Assembly: GCA_038045705.1 (NCBI GenBank)
Contig: JBBSXO010000001.1
Location: 1-64,000, forward strand
DNA: 64,000 nt
Reading direction: 5' to 3'
Source of the DNA: Nanobdellota archaeon
GTDB taxonomy: Archaea > Nanobdellota > Nanobdellia > Pacearchaeales > GW2011-AR1
This document shows, piece by piece, positions 35,214 to 46,464 of this stretch (position 1 is its first letter; each line of letters opens with the position of its first letter). Under the pieces are notes generated by a model, which saw nothing but the letters and a program-made list of their open reading frames with translations, had not been told where the DNA came from and made no database searches. A program made the position numbers and the translations under genes.

Positions 35214-36733
35214 TGGCAAAACTAACTTTTAGAATTTGGATTTTAATCATTTCTTTAGTCTTAGCGCTACTAATGATTTCCCCTACATTTAAGGAAGGAA
35301 TCATAATAAAAAATGTAGATAAGGACTCAAAAGCATATGATTCAGGATTAAGATCTGGGATGATCTTAAAAAATATCAACTCCGAAGAAATAAAATCTCT
35401 AAAAGAATATTCTTTAGTATCATCAGGGTTCTTGAGTAATAATGAAGAAAAAAGAATTTCAATAACAACTGAAGAAGATTCTTTTGTATTTTTAGATTCA
35501 AATATATCTTCTATTACTGTTGGAAAGCTTCCTAAATCTAATATAAAAACAGGTCTTGATTTAAGTGGTGGAGCTAGAGCACTAGTTAAACCTGTAAATG
35601 GAACGTTAACAGATTTAGAAGTTTCTGACCTAGTAGAAATCACAAATCAAAGATTAAATGTATTTGGTTTGACAGATTTAACCATCAGATCAGTTAAAGA
35701 TTTAGCAGGAAATAATTTTATGCTTGTAGAAGTTGCAGGGGCTTCTAGAGAAGACATAGCAGATTTAGTTGCAAAACAAGGTAATTTCGAAGCAAAAATA
35801 GGGAATCAAACAGTTTTCAGAGGAGGCGAACAAGATATTACACATGTGTTTCGCGATGCAACACAGTCAGCAGTTTATCAACCAGAATCATTAGGGGATG
35901 GTACATATTTAAGCAGATTTACTTTCACAATAACTCTTAGTCCGGAAGCAGCACAGCGTCACGCAGATATAACCAATTCAATATCTATCGATCCAAATTC
36001 AGGAGGACAATATCTGTCTGAGAATCTTACTTTAGTCTTAGATGGGGAAATAGTTGATGAATTAAGAATAAGTTCAGGATTAAAGGGTCAAGTAACAACT
36101 CAGATTTCTATTCAAGGATCTGGTACGGGCACTACACCAGAGATAGCAACTTCTGAAGCAAGAGCACAAATGCATAAGCTCCAGACATTATTATTAACTG
36201 GAAGTATTCCATACCAATTAGAAATAGTAAAATTAGATACAATTTCACCTTCTTTAGGTGAGCAGTTTACTAAAACAATAATAATTTTAGGATTGACTGT
36301 TTTCCTAATAGTTTCTTTAGTTTTATTTGTAAAATATAGAAAAATAAAAATCACTTTAGCCGTTATTTTAACAATGTTTTCTGAAGCGTTTATAACACTG
36401 GGGATTGCAGCACTACTACGTTGGAATTTAGACGCAGCGAGTATAGCTGGAATAATAGCAGGTTTAGGTCTTGGAGTAAATGATCAAATAGTCATAATTG
36501 ATGAATCAAGGTCAAAAGATAATTCAAGCATGAAAGAAAAAATAAAGAAAGCTTTATTCGTAGTGGTCGGAGCATTCTTCACTATAATTGCAGCAATGCT
36601 TCCTCTTTTCTGGGCAGGAGCAGGTCTTTTGAGAGGTTTTGCATTTACAACTATAATTGGAATAACTGTTGGAATATTAATTACAAGACCTGCATTTGCA
36701 GATATTATTAGAAAGATTGGAGAAAAAGAATAA
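35213..36733 (+). CDS. secD: protein translocase subunit SecD
   Basis: GLDLSGG, RLNVFG, ISPSLG, IAGII..G.GVNDQIVIIDE, LRGFA, TRPA. Confidence 0.92.
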   Translation: MAKLTFRIWILIISLVLALLMISPTFKEGIIIKNVDKDSKAYDSGLRSGMILKNINSEEIKSLKEYSLVSSGFLSNNEEKRISITTEEDSFVFLDSNISSITVGKLPKSNIKTGLDLSGGARALVKPVNGTLTDLEVSDLVEITNQRLNVFGLTDLTIRSVKDLAGNNFMLVEVAGASREDIADLVAKQGNFEAKIGNQTVFRGGEQDITHVFRDATQSAVYQPESLGDGTYLSRFTFTITLSPEAAQRHADITNSISIDPNSGGQYLSENLTLVLDGEIVDELRISSGLKGQVTTQISIQGSGTGTTPEIATSEARAQMHKLQTLLLTGSIPYQLEIVKLDTISPSLGEQFTKTIIILGLTVFLIVSLVLFVKYRKIKITLAVILTMFSEAFITLGIAALLRWNLDAASIAGIIAGLGLGVNDQIVIIDESRSKDNSSMKEKIKKALFVVVGAFFTIIAAMLPLFWAGAGLLRGFAFTTIIGITVGILITRPAFADIIRKIGEKE

Positions 36734-37177
36734 ATGCTTCCTCGCTGGCATGTATTTTTTGGAATTGTCTTTTGTTTTATATTCAAATTAATCTCTCCAG
36801 ATACAAGTTACATCTCTCTTTTTTTAATTTGGTTTGCTTCAGTATTCATAGACTTCGATCATTATCTCTCTGCAGGCTTAATCCATAATAAATGGAGTCC
36901 AGCAGAAGCAATTAATCATGGTTATAATGTAAGAGAAAAAATTTTAGATCAAAAATCTGAATTTGGGATGTGTGAAAAAGGAAACTTTCACTTTTTTCAC
37001 ACTGTAGAGTCTCACCTATTAGTGGGCTTAATTGCTATATTTTTTTCACCATTTTATTTCATATTCATTGGAATGGTATTGCATTCTTTACTCGACATAA
37101 TATGGATGGTCAGACATGATGTCTTAGACTCAAGAGAATTTTTCTTAATCTCTAAATTCAGAAATATGTTGTTATAA
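36734..37177 (+). CDS. membrane-bound metal-dependent hydrolase-like protein
   Basis: H...IDFDH...FHTVE...HSLLD metal-ligand pattern. Confidence 0.7.
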   Translation: MLPRWHVFFGIVFCFIFKLISPDTSYISLFLIWFASVFIDFDHYLSAGLIHNKWSPAEAINHGYNVREKILDQKSEFGMCEKGNFHFFHTVESHLLVGLIAIFFSPFYFIFIGMVLHSLLDIIWMVRHDVLDSREFFLISKFRNMLL

Positions 37178-37450
37178 AAAACTAGCAACACTTTTAGACA
37201 TAAGAAACAGACTCAAAACCCAAATCAAAAGAGTCCATGGTGTAAAGAACATTCCGGTAAAAAGGGTTATTGAGGCAATTAAGTCTACAATACTCAAAAA
37301 GTCTCCTCTTAATATAAACAAACCTTTAATAAAAAGCAGACCACCAATAAATAATATTAGTTGAAAATTTAAATCTAAAGAAAAAATCATACACAGCAAC
37401 ATTATTGAAGCAACTAAATCAATCAGTCCAAGAATTTTTACTAAAACCAT
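37172..37450 (-). CDS. small membrane protein
   Basis: 92 aa, hydrophobic, internally repeated IDL.AS motif. Confidence 0.65.
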   Translation of the reverse strand: MVLVKILGLIDLVASIMLLCMIFSLDLNFQLILFIGGLLFIKGLFILRGDFLSIVDLIASITLFTGMFFTPWTLLIWVLSLFLMSKSVASFL

Positions 37451-37520
37451 ATGTTTATGCTTTGTATTCCAATTATAAATTTATAGATTAATTTAAATAT
37501 CTCTAATTTGGGATTTAATT

Positions 37521-38060
37521 ATGGACTATAAAGAATATTCAATTGAAGATAATGAGCTTGTAGAACTTTCTAAATTAAAAGTTGGTTTTATTCCTAAAGA
37601 AGATTTTATAAAAATTCATCAAAATTCCATAATCGTTACAGTAGATATTCTGATTTGGTATAATAGTGGTTTCTTGCTTGTTCAAAGAGATAATGTTCCA
37701 GCTAATGGTGAGTTGTGGAATATAGGTGGCAGGATAGAAAGAGGAGTTAGTTTAGAGGAATCAGTTAGAAAAAAAGTGAAATCTGAGTGCAATCTTAGTC
37801 TTAAAAATATGAAAAATTTAGGAGTTTCAAGATCTTTATGGAAAACAGATCCATTTGGACATGGAAAAGGAACGGATACTCTAACTTTTATGTATCTTGC
37901 AGAAGGAGTAGGGGAGTTAAAATTAGATAAACTTCACTCAAATCCTCTAATTGTGGATAAAAAGAAATTTGAAGAAATTAAGCATTCATTTCATCCATTT
38001 ATGAGTGATTTTTTTGAAATAGCTTTTAAAGATAAATGGTTTCTAAATTTAAATGAATAA
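37521..38060 (+). CDS. NUDIX hydrolase (GDP-mannose mannosyl hydrolase-like)
   Basis: VDILI...LLVQRDNVPA.G.LW.IGGRIERG.SLEE...R variant Nudix box; context with gmd. Confidence 0.75.
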   Translation: MDYKEYSIEDNELVELSKLKVGFIPKEDFIKIHQNSIIVTVDILIWYNSGFLLVQRDNVPANGELWNIGGRIERGVSLEESVRKKVKSECNLSLKNMKNLGVSRSLWKTDPFGHGKGTDTLTFMYLAEGVGELKLDKLHSNPLIVDKKKFEEIKHSFHPFMSDFFEIAFKDKWFLNLNE

Positions 38061-38820
38061 AAAATTAATGATTCTTATAGTAGCCTACAATGCTGAGAGC
38101 ACCATAAAACCACTTCTAGAAAGAATGCCTAATGAAGTTTGGAAAAGAGCATCTGAAATAGTAATAGCAGATGATGCATCAAAAGATTTTACTTCAGTAG
38201 TTGCAAACGAATACAAATTAAGAAACAAAAAAAAGAAATTGACTATAATAAAACACCAAAAGAACAAAGGATATGGCGGAAACCAAAAATGGGGTTACAT
38301 TTATGCAATGAAGAAAGGATATGATATAACTGTAATGATTCATGGAGATGCCCAATACCCTCCAGAATATATAATAAAACTAATAAAACCAATTGAAGAA
38401 AATAATGCTGATTTTGTATTCGGTTCAAGAATGGCAGGACACCCAATAAAGGGAGGCATGCCAATATACAAATATTTAGGAAACGTTTTTTTAACGACAA
38501 CAGAAAATATTGTTCTAGGAACAAGACTAACAGAATTCCATTCAGGATTCAGAGCCTATTCTATTCAAGTTTTAAAGAAGATTCCTCTTCATCTAGATTC
38601 TGATGGATTTCACTTTGACTCTGAGATAATAATGCAATTCGTTCGTTCTAAGAAAAAGATAAAAGAAATAGTTATTCCTACATTTTACGGTGATGAGAAA
38701 TGCAATGTTAAAGTAATAAGCTATGGTCTTAACATCCTCAAAGAACTTTTGAAGTATGTTCTTACAAAATACAAAATCAAATCTTATCCAAAATACGACT
38801 TAAAGAATTTCAAGAAATAA
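38053..38820 (+). CDS. GT2, dolichol-phosphate glycosyltransferase-like
   Basis: AYNAE, DDASKD, NKGYGG, HGDAQY, GSR, SGFRAY. Confidence 0.9.
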   Translation: MNKKLMILIVAYNAESTIKPLLERMPNEVWKRASEIVIADDASKDFTSVVANEYKLRNKKKKLTIIKHQKNKGYGGNQKWGYIYAMKKGYDITVMIHGDAQYPPEYIIKLIKPIEENNADFVFGSRMAGHPIKGGMPIYKYLGNVFLTTTENIVLGTRLTEFHSGFRAYSIQVLKKIPLHLDSDGFHFDSEIIMQFVRSKKKIKEIVIPTFYGDEKCNVKVISYGLNILKELLKYVLTKYKIKSYPKYDLKNFKK

Positions 38821-38885
38821 AAAAGTTCTTGATTTTGAACTTTTGGATGATCAAAGTGTTCTATCAAGATACAATTTGACATAAT

Positions 38886-39626
38886 CTATTTTTTTCTAGC
38901 AACAATCATTACAATACTTGAATTCTTGCTATTATTTAATAAATAAGCCAAATAAATTATTCCAAAAAGAAAATCATTTATTATTTTGAATCCTTCCATT
39001 TTTAGTTTGCTTATTTTCATAGGTTTCTGATTTATTGCTCTTTTAACTAAGAATTTAGTAAGTTCTCTTTCAAGAAAACTTCCTATAGGTCTATTTTCTA
39101 GTATTTCGAATCCTTCATCCCCTATCTCCTTTGCTAATTTCCTTGGATCAAATCTTCTTAAATGGCCAACATAATCATCGTCAAAAGCCCAGTAAGTCAT
39201 ATGTGTGGGTACAGTTAGGAATAGAACTCCACTTTTCTTTAAGACCCTTGCAAATTCCTTTATACTTTTTTTGTAATTGCGTACATGTTCAAGAACTTCA
39301 GAAGAAAAAACAGCATTTACGCTTTCATTCTTAGCATGTATTTTTTCTACATCTCCAAGCCTAGTTTTATACCCTAATTTTTTTAGAATATTCATAGCAT
39401 TTTTATCTGAATCTATGAAAACGGTTTTTGACTTCACAGGAGAAACAGGAGATATACCACAGCCAACATCGAGTATCTTTTCGCTTTTCTTTGAATACTT
39501 ATTATAAACTTTAGCTAACATAAATTTTCTAAATCTATAATTAAAAAGCTGATTTTTTAGTTTAATATAGTCTGTAGAAACAAAAAACTTAGAGAATTCA
39601 TTTTTATTATTATCTTCCTCAACCAT
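38886..39626 (-). CDS. class I SAM-dependent methyltransferase
   Basis: ILDVGCG, SEVLEHV, RVLKKSG, GHLRRF. Confidence 0.88.
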   Translation of the reverse strand: MVEEDNNKNEFSKFFVSTDYIKLKNQLFNYRFRKFMLAKVYNKYSKKSEKILDVGCGISPVSPVKSKTVFIDSDKNAMNILKKLGYKTRLGDVEKIHAKNESVNAVFSSEVLEHVRNYKKSIKEFARVLKKSGVLFLTVPTHMTYWAFDDDYVGHLRRFDPRKLAKEIGDEGFEILENRPIGSFLERELTKFLVKRAINQKPMKISKLKMEGFKIINDFLFGIIYLAYLLNNSKNSSIVMIVARKK

Positions 39627-39677
39627 TATGATAAAGTGATAAAATAGCTATTTAAATGAGCTTAATCTACAAAATAT

Positions 39678-41480
39678 ATGGTCTTGAAATATAATTTAAT
39701 AAAAGAAAAGATCAATTATTTCTTCCACTCTAATGAATCAAAATATGCAAGATACACTCTTTACTTAACCCTCATAGGACTTGTTTTGAGATTTATTGGT
39801 GCGATACATTTGGACGTTTTAGCAGATGATATGGTATATGCATCCCAGAGTGCTGGAATAATTGGCTCTAAAATAATATCCACACACTCCAATCCCCCAT
39901 TATTTTTCTATTTGACTGATTTGGCATACAATATTTTTGGTTATTCTACATTTGCAGCGAGATTTTGGCCTATGATTACAGGTACGCTTCTTATTCCTCT
40001 AATTTATTTAATTTCTAATCACTTGTTAAAAAACAGAAAACAATCTTTCTTCGTAGCGTTGTTTGTGACATTTTCTAGCTTCTTGATAAGAATGACATTT
40101 ACAGAACAAAGCCTAGTTGTTTTCTTCTTCATATTTGCAGGAGTATACTTTGGAATGTTATTTATGGAAAAACAATCCCATAAATTTCTTTTATTATCTT
40201 CAGTATTTTTTGGCTTAGCACTGTTAACAAAGTATAATGCCCCATTCTTTATCATATCATTTGGAATCTATGCTATTTACTCTAATTTTTCTAAAAATAA
40301 TAAATTTTTAACATTAAAAAACACCATTTTATTTATTGGAATATTAGTTTTATTTGCTCTTCCATTCTTATCATTTAATTATATTCTTTATGATCAAAAA
40401 GGAATTGTAGATGTTTATTTTAGTAGATTGGTTCATCTAGATTCAACTCAAGAACTTTATGGGGGTCTTGGCGGACAGGAAAAGTCTTTCTTAGATAATC
40501 TATTTAATCCAGGCAATTACGGAAATTATAAACTTCCATTATTCACAGATCCGCTTTTAGTTCTGTTTGCTCTTTATGGTTTATTCTTATTTTATTTACA
40601 TAATAAGAAAGCTTTCTACTTTATTCTTATTTTCTTATTAATCCCATTTGTTCTTCAAAGTGCAGGGGCGCCTTTGCAAAAACACTTTGCATTCATGTAT
40701 ATTTTATTAGCAATACCAGCAGGTCTGGGATTTAGTACAGCCATCTCAAATTTAAAGAGTAGGAACTTAAAGATAATTTCATTGGTAGTCTTTTTGCTAA
40801 TCGCAATATATTGCTTAGGTATTTCCAATGGGACACCATCTCATTATTTTGCAAAAGGACCTAATGCAGGGCTTAAATATTTCATTAATGATGAAGTAAG
40901 CGACTCAAGTTTAATTGTTTTTGATTCTAGAATATATACTGCAAGATTGATGTGGTTGGCAACAGATAAGGCTTATTTGACTTTTGAACAATCGGTGCCC
41001 ATACTACAACAGGTTTTCGCACAGAATATATCATCTGTTCATCCTATGAAGGTCTATTTTATCGAATGTGTTGTAGAAGACTGTGGATGGGGTTGGGTGG
41101 CTAGTAACCAAAATTTAAACAGTTCATCAGAATATTTTATTGATTCAATTTCGGAAACAGCAGATGTAGTTTCGATAATAGAATCTCCTCGCTTTGATGG
41201 AAATGAATTATTTAATTCTGTTCCACAAGAGTATTACAAGGTCTATTCTGTAGATCTTAGAATACCTCAACCAGCCCTAGAACAAATTAAACAATCTCAA
41301 AGTTTTTACTTCGTGCCTTACTTGTATAAAAATATGGAAAATTATCTTTATAATTACAAAACTATTGACCCATTTTCAGATTTATTGGATAATTCCTCAT
41401 ATGCAATAATTATAGCCTCAATTATACTTGCTATCTTATGTTTGATTTTTGTAATTTTTGTATTTTTAATATTTTCTTAA
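39678..41480 (+). CDS. GT-C fold membrane glycosyltransferase (ArnT/PMT-like)
   Basis: LRF...ADD, PPLFFY, AARF, GLALLTKY; multi-TM. Confidence 0.82.
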   Translation: MVLKYNLIKEKINYFFHSNESKYARYTLYLTLIGLVLRFIGAIHLDVLADDMVYASQSAGIIGSKIISTHSNPPLFFYLTDLAYNIFGYSTFAARFWPMITGTLLIPLIYLISNHLLKNRKQSFFVALFVTFSSFLIRMTFTEQSLVVFFFIFAGVYFGMLFMEKQSHKFLLLSSVFFGLALLTKYNAPFFIISFGIYAIYSNFSKNNKFLTLKNTILFIGILVLFALPFLSFNYILYDQKGIVDVYFSRLVHLDSTQELYGGLGGQEKSFLDNLFNPGNYGNYKLPLFTDPLLVLFALYGLFLFYLHNKKAFYFILIFLLIPFVLQSAGAPLQKHFAFMYILLAIPAGLGFSTAISNLKSRNLKIISLVVFLLIAIYCLGISNGTPSHYFAKGPNAGLKYFINDEVSDSSLIVFDSRIYTARLMWLATDKAYLTFEQSVPILQQVFAQNISSVHPMKVYFIECVVEDCGWGWVASNQNLNSSSEYFIDSISETADVVSIIESPRFDGNELFNSVPQEYYKVYSVDLRIPQPALEQIKQSQSFYFVPYLYKNMENYLYNYKTIDPFSDLLDNSSYAIIIASIILAILCLIFVIFVFLIFS

Positions 41481-41524
41481 CACTATTTATAAAGTATTAA
41501 ATAACAACTTACCCAATCTAAAAT

Positions 41525-43072
41525 ATGGCTGAAAATGAAGAAGTCAATAAAAATCTAACTATACTTGTAAAAGGTTCTATAGTAGTATTTATAGGAATAT
41601 TTTTTTCCAAATTTTTAACTTATTTCTACAAAATTATTATTGCAAGAAGTTTTGGTCCTGAAAGTTACGGTTTATTTTCCCTTGCCCTTATTATAGCAAC
41701 TCTTTTCTCAACAGTTGCTTCTCTAGGTTTATCAGAAGGTCTATTGAGATATGCTTCACTTTATAACAGTAATAAAGAAATCAAAAAAATAAAACCTTTG
41801 TTAAAATTCTCCCTTATATTTTCCTGTTTTTCTAGTCTAATATTTGCAACAATTTTATTTACCTATTCAGATTTAATTGCCATTATTTTTCATGACCCAT
41901 CTCTAACTAATTATCTTGTCTATTTCAGCATAGCAATACCATTTATCTTAATCTCTAATTTATTTTTATCAATAATAAAGGCAAATATGATGGTCTTCAG
42001 ATATACCTTTATTATAAACATACTTCAGAACGCATTAAGACTATTTGGATTATTCTTGTTTATCTTATTAGGTCTAAAGAGTCATGCAATAATAGGTTCA
42101 TATCTTTTAGGAATAATTTCAATAGCAATTGGTTCTTATTTTGCAGCCAGAATTTATTTATCGAAAATAATGTCTCAAAAAGATATAGACTCTAAAAGTG
42201 AAAAGTCTCTTAAAAGAGAATTTATTTCATATTCATGGCCAGTGATATTTGTAGGATTTATTGGAACAGTTCTTTATTGGATAGATTCTCTAGTAATAGG
42301 TTATTTAGTTGATACGACAAGTGTTGGAATATATGGGGCAGCCTTTACAATAGTTTCTCTTTTAGGTATTGCTCCAGAATTATTTATGCAGATGTTTCTA
42401 CCAGTGATTCTAAAAGAATACTCAAAAGGAAGAATTGATGTAATTGGTCAAACAAGTAAACAAGTTTCAAAATGGATAGGCTTGCTAAATATTCCTGCAT
42501 TTACTTTGATGTTTATATTTCCTGAAATAATAATTAATTCTATATTTGGAGCACAATATTTAGGCGCATCATCATCTTTAAGGATTTTAGCAGTAGGAGG
42601 TTTCTTTTCCTCTTTCATCTCATTAAACACAAGTTTATTGTCAATGAAAGGAAAATCAAAATCAATACTTTTAACCCTAATTATAGCATCAATTACTAAT
42701 TTAGTTTTAAGTTTCTTCTTAGTTTCTAGTTACGGTATTCAAGGAGCAGCAATTACAACTAGCATAATATGGTTTTTGACTTTAGTTGTTCTTTCAGCTC
42801 AAGTATATAAATCAACTGGAATATTTGCTGTTAGAAGAAATTTAGTGAAAATAATTATCTTATCGATAATCCCTGCAGTGATCTTAGTTATTTTGAATAG
42901 TCATACCCCTAATAGTTATTTTTGGTTTTTTATAAAAGCAATTATTTATGGAATAATTTATATAACCTTTATTATTTTATGTAAAAGCTTAGATTATAAT
43001 GATTATAATATAATCAGAGCCTTTAACAATAAATTAAATCTAAATATCTTAAGATATGAAAAACCAATTTAA
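41525..43072 (+). CDS. oligosaccharide flippase (Wzx/MOP family)
   Basis: IARSFGPESYG, D.LVIG...VGIYGAA, YGIQGAA; many TM segments. Confidence 0.9.
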   Translation: MAENEEVNKNLTILVKGSIVVFIGIFFSKFLTYFYKIIIARSFGPESYGLFSLALIIATLFSTVASLGLSEGLLRYASLYNSNKEIKKIKPLLKFSLIFSCFSSLIFATILFTYSDLIAIIFHDPSLTNYLVYFSIAIPFILISNLFLSIIKANMMVFRYTFIINILQNALRLFGLFLFILLGLKSHAIIGSYLLGIISIAIGSYFAARIYLSKIMSQKDIDSKSEKSLKREFISYSWPVIFVGFIGTVLYWIDSLVIGYLVDTTSVGIYGAAFTIVSLLGIAPELFMQMFLPVILKEYSKGRIDVIGQTSKQVSKWIGLLNIPAFTLMFIFPEIIINSIFGAQYLGASSSLRILAVGGFFSSFISLNTSLLSMKGKSKSILLTLIIASITNLVLSFFLVSSYGIQGAAITTSIIWFLTLVVLSAQVYKSTGIFAVRRNLVKIIILSIIPAVILVILNSHTPNSYFWFFIKAIIYGIIYITFIILCKSLDYNDYNIIRAFNNKLNLNILRYEKPI

Positions 43073-44261
43073 GAAAGTAATCCTTTTTTATCCACCAAAT
43101 GAGAAGAAACATAGCTTATATGGGGAAACAATAGCCTTTTTATCTAAACATCATCATCTTCTTTATACTCCTTCAAAAAGTTATTCCTCTTATTCTTTAA
43201 TGAGGTTATCAAGGAACTATTTTCTTAGAAAAATATATCTTAATTTTATTAGACCTCATATTTCTTTCATAGAATTGAAAAACATATTTTTTCCTAACAA
43301 AAATATTCAAAAAAGCAAGAATCTAAAATTTGATCTTATTTATTCTACAAATTATATTCCTTCTATTCCAGGATCATATATTTTAGATTTAGAAAATGTT
43401 TCAGCATTAGGTGGATATGATTATTATAGGTTAAATAAATCAAAAATTGGCCAATCATTTGAAAGTGATGACTGTAAGGCGATTATTTGTTGGAACGAAG
43501 CATCAAAGGAATCATTATTAGCGACAATTAAATCTGAAAAGTTTATTAAAAAGATACACGTTCTTCCATTTGCTATAAAAAAAGAAAGAATTAAAAAGAA
43601 ATTACAAATTGGAAAAATAAGGCTTCTGTTTGTATCTTCTATAAATAATCCTCAAGATTTTGAGATGAAAGGTGGTATTATTGCTCTTGAAGTGTATAAA
43701 GAACTTGTGGACAGATTTAATAATATAGAATTTGTTATTAGGTCGAAGTTATCAAACAGAATAAAGAAGAAATATTCTAACTTAAAAAATTTAGTCCTTA
43801 TTGAAGAATATCTCTCAGATAAAGAGTTTTCAAAGTTGTTAAGTGAGACAGATATCCTACTTGAACCGATTCCAGGCATTCAGTTGATGATAGAGTGTTT
43901 AAAATTTAGAATTCCTGCAGTTGTTTTTGATTTCTGGGCAGCTCCAGAGATAATATTTGATGGTAAAAACGGATTTATTATAGATTCTAGGAGTATATTC
44001 GGAGACAAGAAAAATATGAAAAAATATATTCAAAACATGGGTCATAACTTTTTAAAGCTATATTCTCCAGTAAAGAAAAGTGTATTTAATGAATATATTA
44101 ACAAAACTTCTATTTTAATTTCCAATAAAATGTTGAGAGATAAAATGATGAGATATGCTAATAATTTATTAAATAAAGGCAGACCATATAATTCACAACA
44201 GAGAAATAAACTTCTTCTCAACATAATAAACAGGGCCACTAAATCCTCTGTAAAAATTTAA
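43056..44261 (+). CDS. glycosyltransferase family 4 (GT-B)
   Basis: LLFVS...KGG...DILLEP...IECL...PEIIFDGKNG. Confidence 0.75.
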   Translation: MKNQFKKVILFYPPNEKKHSLYGETIAFLSKHHHLLYTPSKSYSSYSLMRLSRNYFLRKIYLNFIRPHISFIELKNIFFPNKNIQKSKNLKFDLIYSTNYIPSIPGSYILDLENVSALGGYDYYRLNKSKIGQSFESDDCKAIICWNEASKESLLATIKSEKFIKKIHVLPFAIKKERIKKKLQIGKIRLLFVSSINNPQDFEMKGGIIALEVYKELVDRFNNIEFVIRSKLSNRIKKKYSNLKNLVLIEEYLSDKEFSKLLSETDILLEPIPGIQLMIECLKFRIPAVVFDFWAAPEIIFDGKNGFIIDSRSIFGDKKNMKKYIQNMGHNFLKLYSPVKKSVFNEYINKTSILISNKMLRDKMMRYANNLLNKGRPYNSQQRNKLLLNIINRATKSSVKI

Positions 44262-44312
44262 CAAAATCAAAACAACTAAATGTTTATATATACCCTTTTT
44301 TGAAATAATAAA

Positions 44313-45374
44313 ATGCAAGATGGTAAAAAAGTAGCTTTAATAACTGGAATTGGTGGTCAAGACGGATCTTACCTTGCAGAACTCCTTCTTGAGAAAGGAT
44401 ATTTAGTTAGGGGAATTGTAAGAAGAGCAAGCCATCCAAATACTAAAAGGATAGACCATTTATTGAACCAATATCCAGATGACAATGATAAAAATAATCC
44501 TTTCATCTTGGCTTATGCAGATCTAACTGATTCACAAAGCCTTAGAAATGTTTTGGAACGATTCAGACCTGATGAAGTTTACAATCTTGCAGCGCAAAGC
44601 CATGTAGGCATAAGTTTTGATAATGCAGAATCAACAATTAATATCAATCTACTTGGCCCTCTTAGATTACTTGAAGCAATACGTCAAATGAGTTATCCTG
44701 TAAAATACTATCAAGCCTCTTCTTCAGAAATGTTTGGAGCAACACCCCCTCCTCAAAGTGAATCTACCCCATTCAAACCTCAAAGTCCATATGGCATAGC
44801 TAAAGTAGGTGCTTTTCATATAACTAGATTGTACAGAGATGCTTACAAATTATTCGCTGCAAATGGCATCCTCTTCAATCACGAATCTCCAAGGAGGGGT
44901 TTGAATTTTGTAACTAAAAAGATAACTGGAGATGTAGTAAAAATTGTTAATGGAGAAAAGAATGAGATAGTCTTAGGAAACTTAGATGCAAAAAGAGATT
45001 GGGGATTCTCTAAAGAATATGTTGAAGCAATGTGGAAAATATTACAACACAATGAACCAGATGATTTTGTAATTGCTACAGAAGAAACTCATACAGTAAG
45101 AGAATTCATTGAAGAATGTTTTAATTTATTAGGGACAGATTATAGAAAGTTTATTAGGACAAGCGATCGTTATTTACGTCCGGCAGAAGTACCTGCATTA
45201 CTTGGAGATTCTACTAAAGCAAAAAATGTCTTAAAATGGGAACCAAAGACTAAGTTTAAGGAGTTGGTTAAAATAATGCTAGAACATGATTTTAGAGAAA
45301 AAGACATGACTCTAGAGCAGGCCAGAGAGAAAATGAAATTATTAAGCCAACAAAAAGATGAACCAAAGAATTAA
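44313..45374 (+). CDS. gmd: GDP-mannose 4,6-dehydratase
   Basis: ITGIGGQDGSYLAE, NLAAQSHV, QASSSE, SPYGIAK, FNHESPRRG, RDWG. Confidence 0.96.
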   Translation: MQDGKKVALITGIGGQDGSYLAELLLEKGYLVRGIVRRASHPNTKRIDHLLNQYPDDNDKNNPFILAYADLTDSQSLRNVLERFRPDEVYNLAAQSHVGISFDNAESTININLLGPLRLLEAIRQMSYPVKYYQASSSEMFGATPPPQSESTPFKPQSPYGIAKVGAFHITRLYRDAYKLFAANGILFNHESPRRGLNFVTKKITGDVVKIVNGEKNEIVLGNLDAKRDWGFSKEYVEAMWKILQHNEPDDFVIATEETHTVREFIEECFNLLGTDYRKFIRTSDRYLRPAEVPALLGDSTKAKNVLKWEPKTKFKELVKIMLEHDFREKDMTLEQAREKMKLLSQQKDEPKN

Positions 45375-46464
45375 CTGGAATGAGCCAAGATTTGATCAAG
45401 AAGATATAGATAATGTAACAGAAGTTTTAAGAAACAACTACGTTAATGAAGGTCCAAAAACAAAAGAACTTGAAGAAACCTTACAAAAATATTTAGGGGT
45501 CAAACATATAATTATGACCTCTAATTGCACAGCTTCTCTTTTTATGGCTATAAAGGCAGATGCTATCATTAAAAAGATAATAGACTTTGAGGTTATCGTT
45601 CCAGATATGACTATGATTGCTTCAGCGACAGCAGTTGGATGGGCAGGTGGAAAGGTCGTATTAGTAGAAGTTGAAAAAGATACTGGTTTAATCAGTTTAG
45701 AAGACCTAAGGAGTAAAATAACTAATAAAACAATTGCATTAATCTCAGTAGACATTCTTGGTAGATCTCCAGATTACAAAGAGTTAAAAAAAATTGCCAA
45801 TGAAAAGAATCTTTCTATAATCGAAGATGCTGCAGGAGCGCTTTCTTCAAAATATGATAAAAAATATTTAGGAACATTCGGAAAAGTGGGTTGCTATTCA
45901 TTACAGTCCAATAAAATAATTACTTGCGGACAGGGAGGGTTTGTTTCAACAGACGATGATGAATATTATGAGGTAATGAGAAGGATAAGAGATTTTGGAA
46001 GATTTAGTAATAAAGAGTTTATTCATGAAAAAGAAGGATACAACCTTAAATTTAGCGATTTAGCTGCTGCCTTGACATTGAGTCAATTGAATAAAATAAA
46101 TTCTCGTAAAAATTTGCTCATTGAGCAAAGAAAATTATATGAAAAAGAATTAGGTGGAATAAAAGAAATCCAATTTCCAAAATTCAATTTAGCTAGTGGA
46201 GAAGTTCCTTTATGGATAGAGATTCTCGTATCCAATAGGGAGGGCTTAGTAGCACACTTAAAATCGAATAATATTTTTGCAAGAGATTGCTGGCCTGCAG
46301 TACATAGAAACCCCCCCTATAGCCACCTTGGAAATGACGAGAAATTTCCAAATGCATCTTACCTGGCAGATCATTCTCTGTGGTTACCAAATGGACCCCA
46401 TTTAACTGAAAATGATATAATTTATATTTGTGGAAAAGTCAAGGATTTTTATGGCAACTCTTAA
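45358..46464 (+). CDS. DegT/DnrJ sugar aminotransferase (perosamine synthase-like)
   Basis: IEDAA, SLQSNKIITCGQGG PLP lysine, GYNLK; coupled to gmd. Confidence 0.88.
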   Translation: MNQRINWNEPRFDQEDIDNVTEVLRNNYVNEGPKTKELEETLQKYLGVKHIIMTSNCTASLFMAIKADAIIKKIIDFEVIVPDMTMIASATAVGWAGGKVVLVEVEKDTGLISLEDLRSKITNKTIALISVDILGRSPDYKELKKIANEKNLSIIEDAAGALSSKYDKKYLGTFGKVGCYSLQSNKIITCGQGGFVSTDDDEYYEVMRRIRDFGRFSNKEFIHEKEGYNLKFSDLAAALTLSQLNKINSRKNLLIEQRKLYEKELGGIKEIQFPKFNLASGEVPLWIEILVSNREGLVAHLKSNNIFARDCWPAVHRNPPYSHLGNDEKFPNASYLADHSLWLPNGPHLTENDIIYICGKVKDFYGNS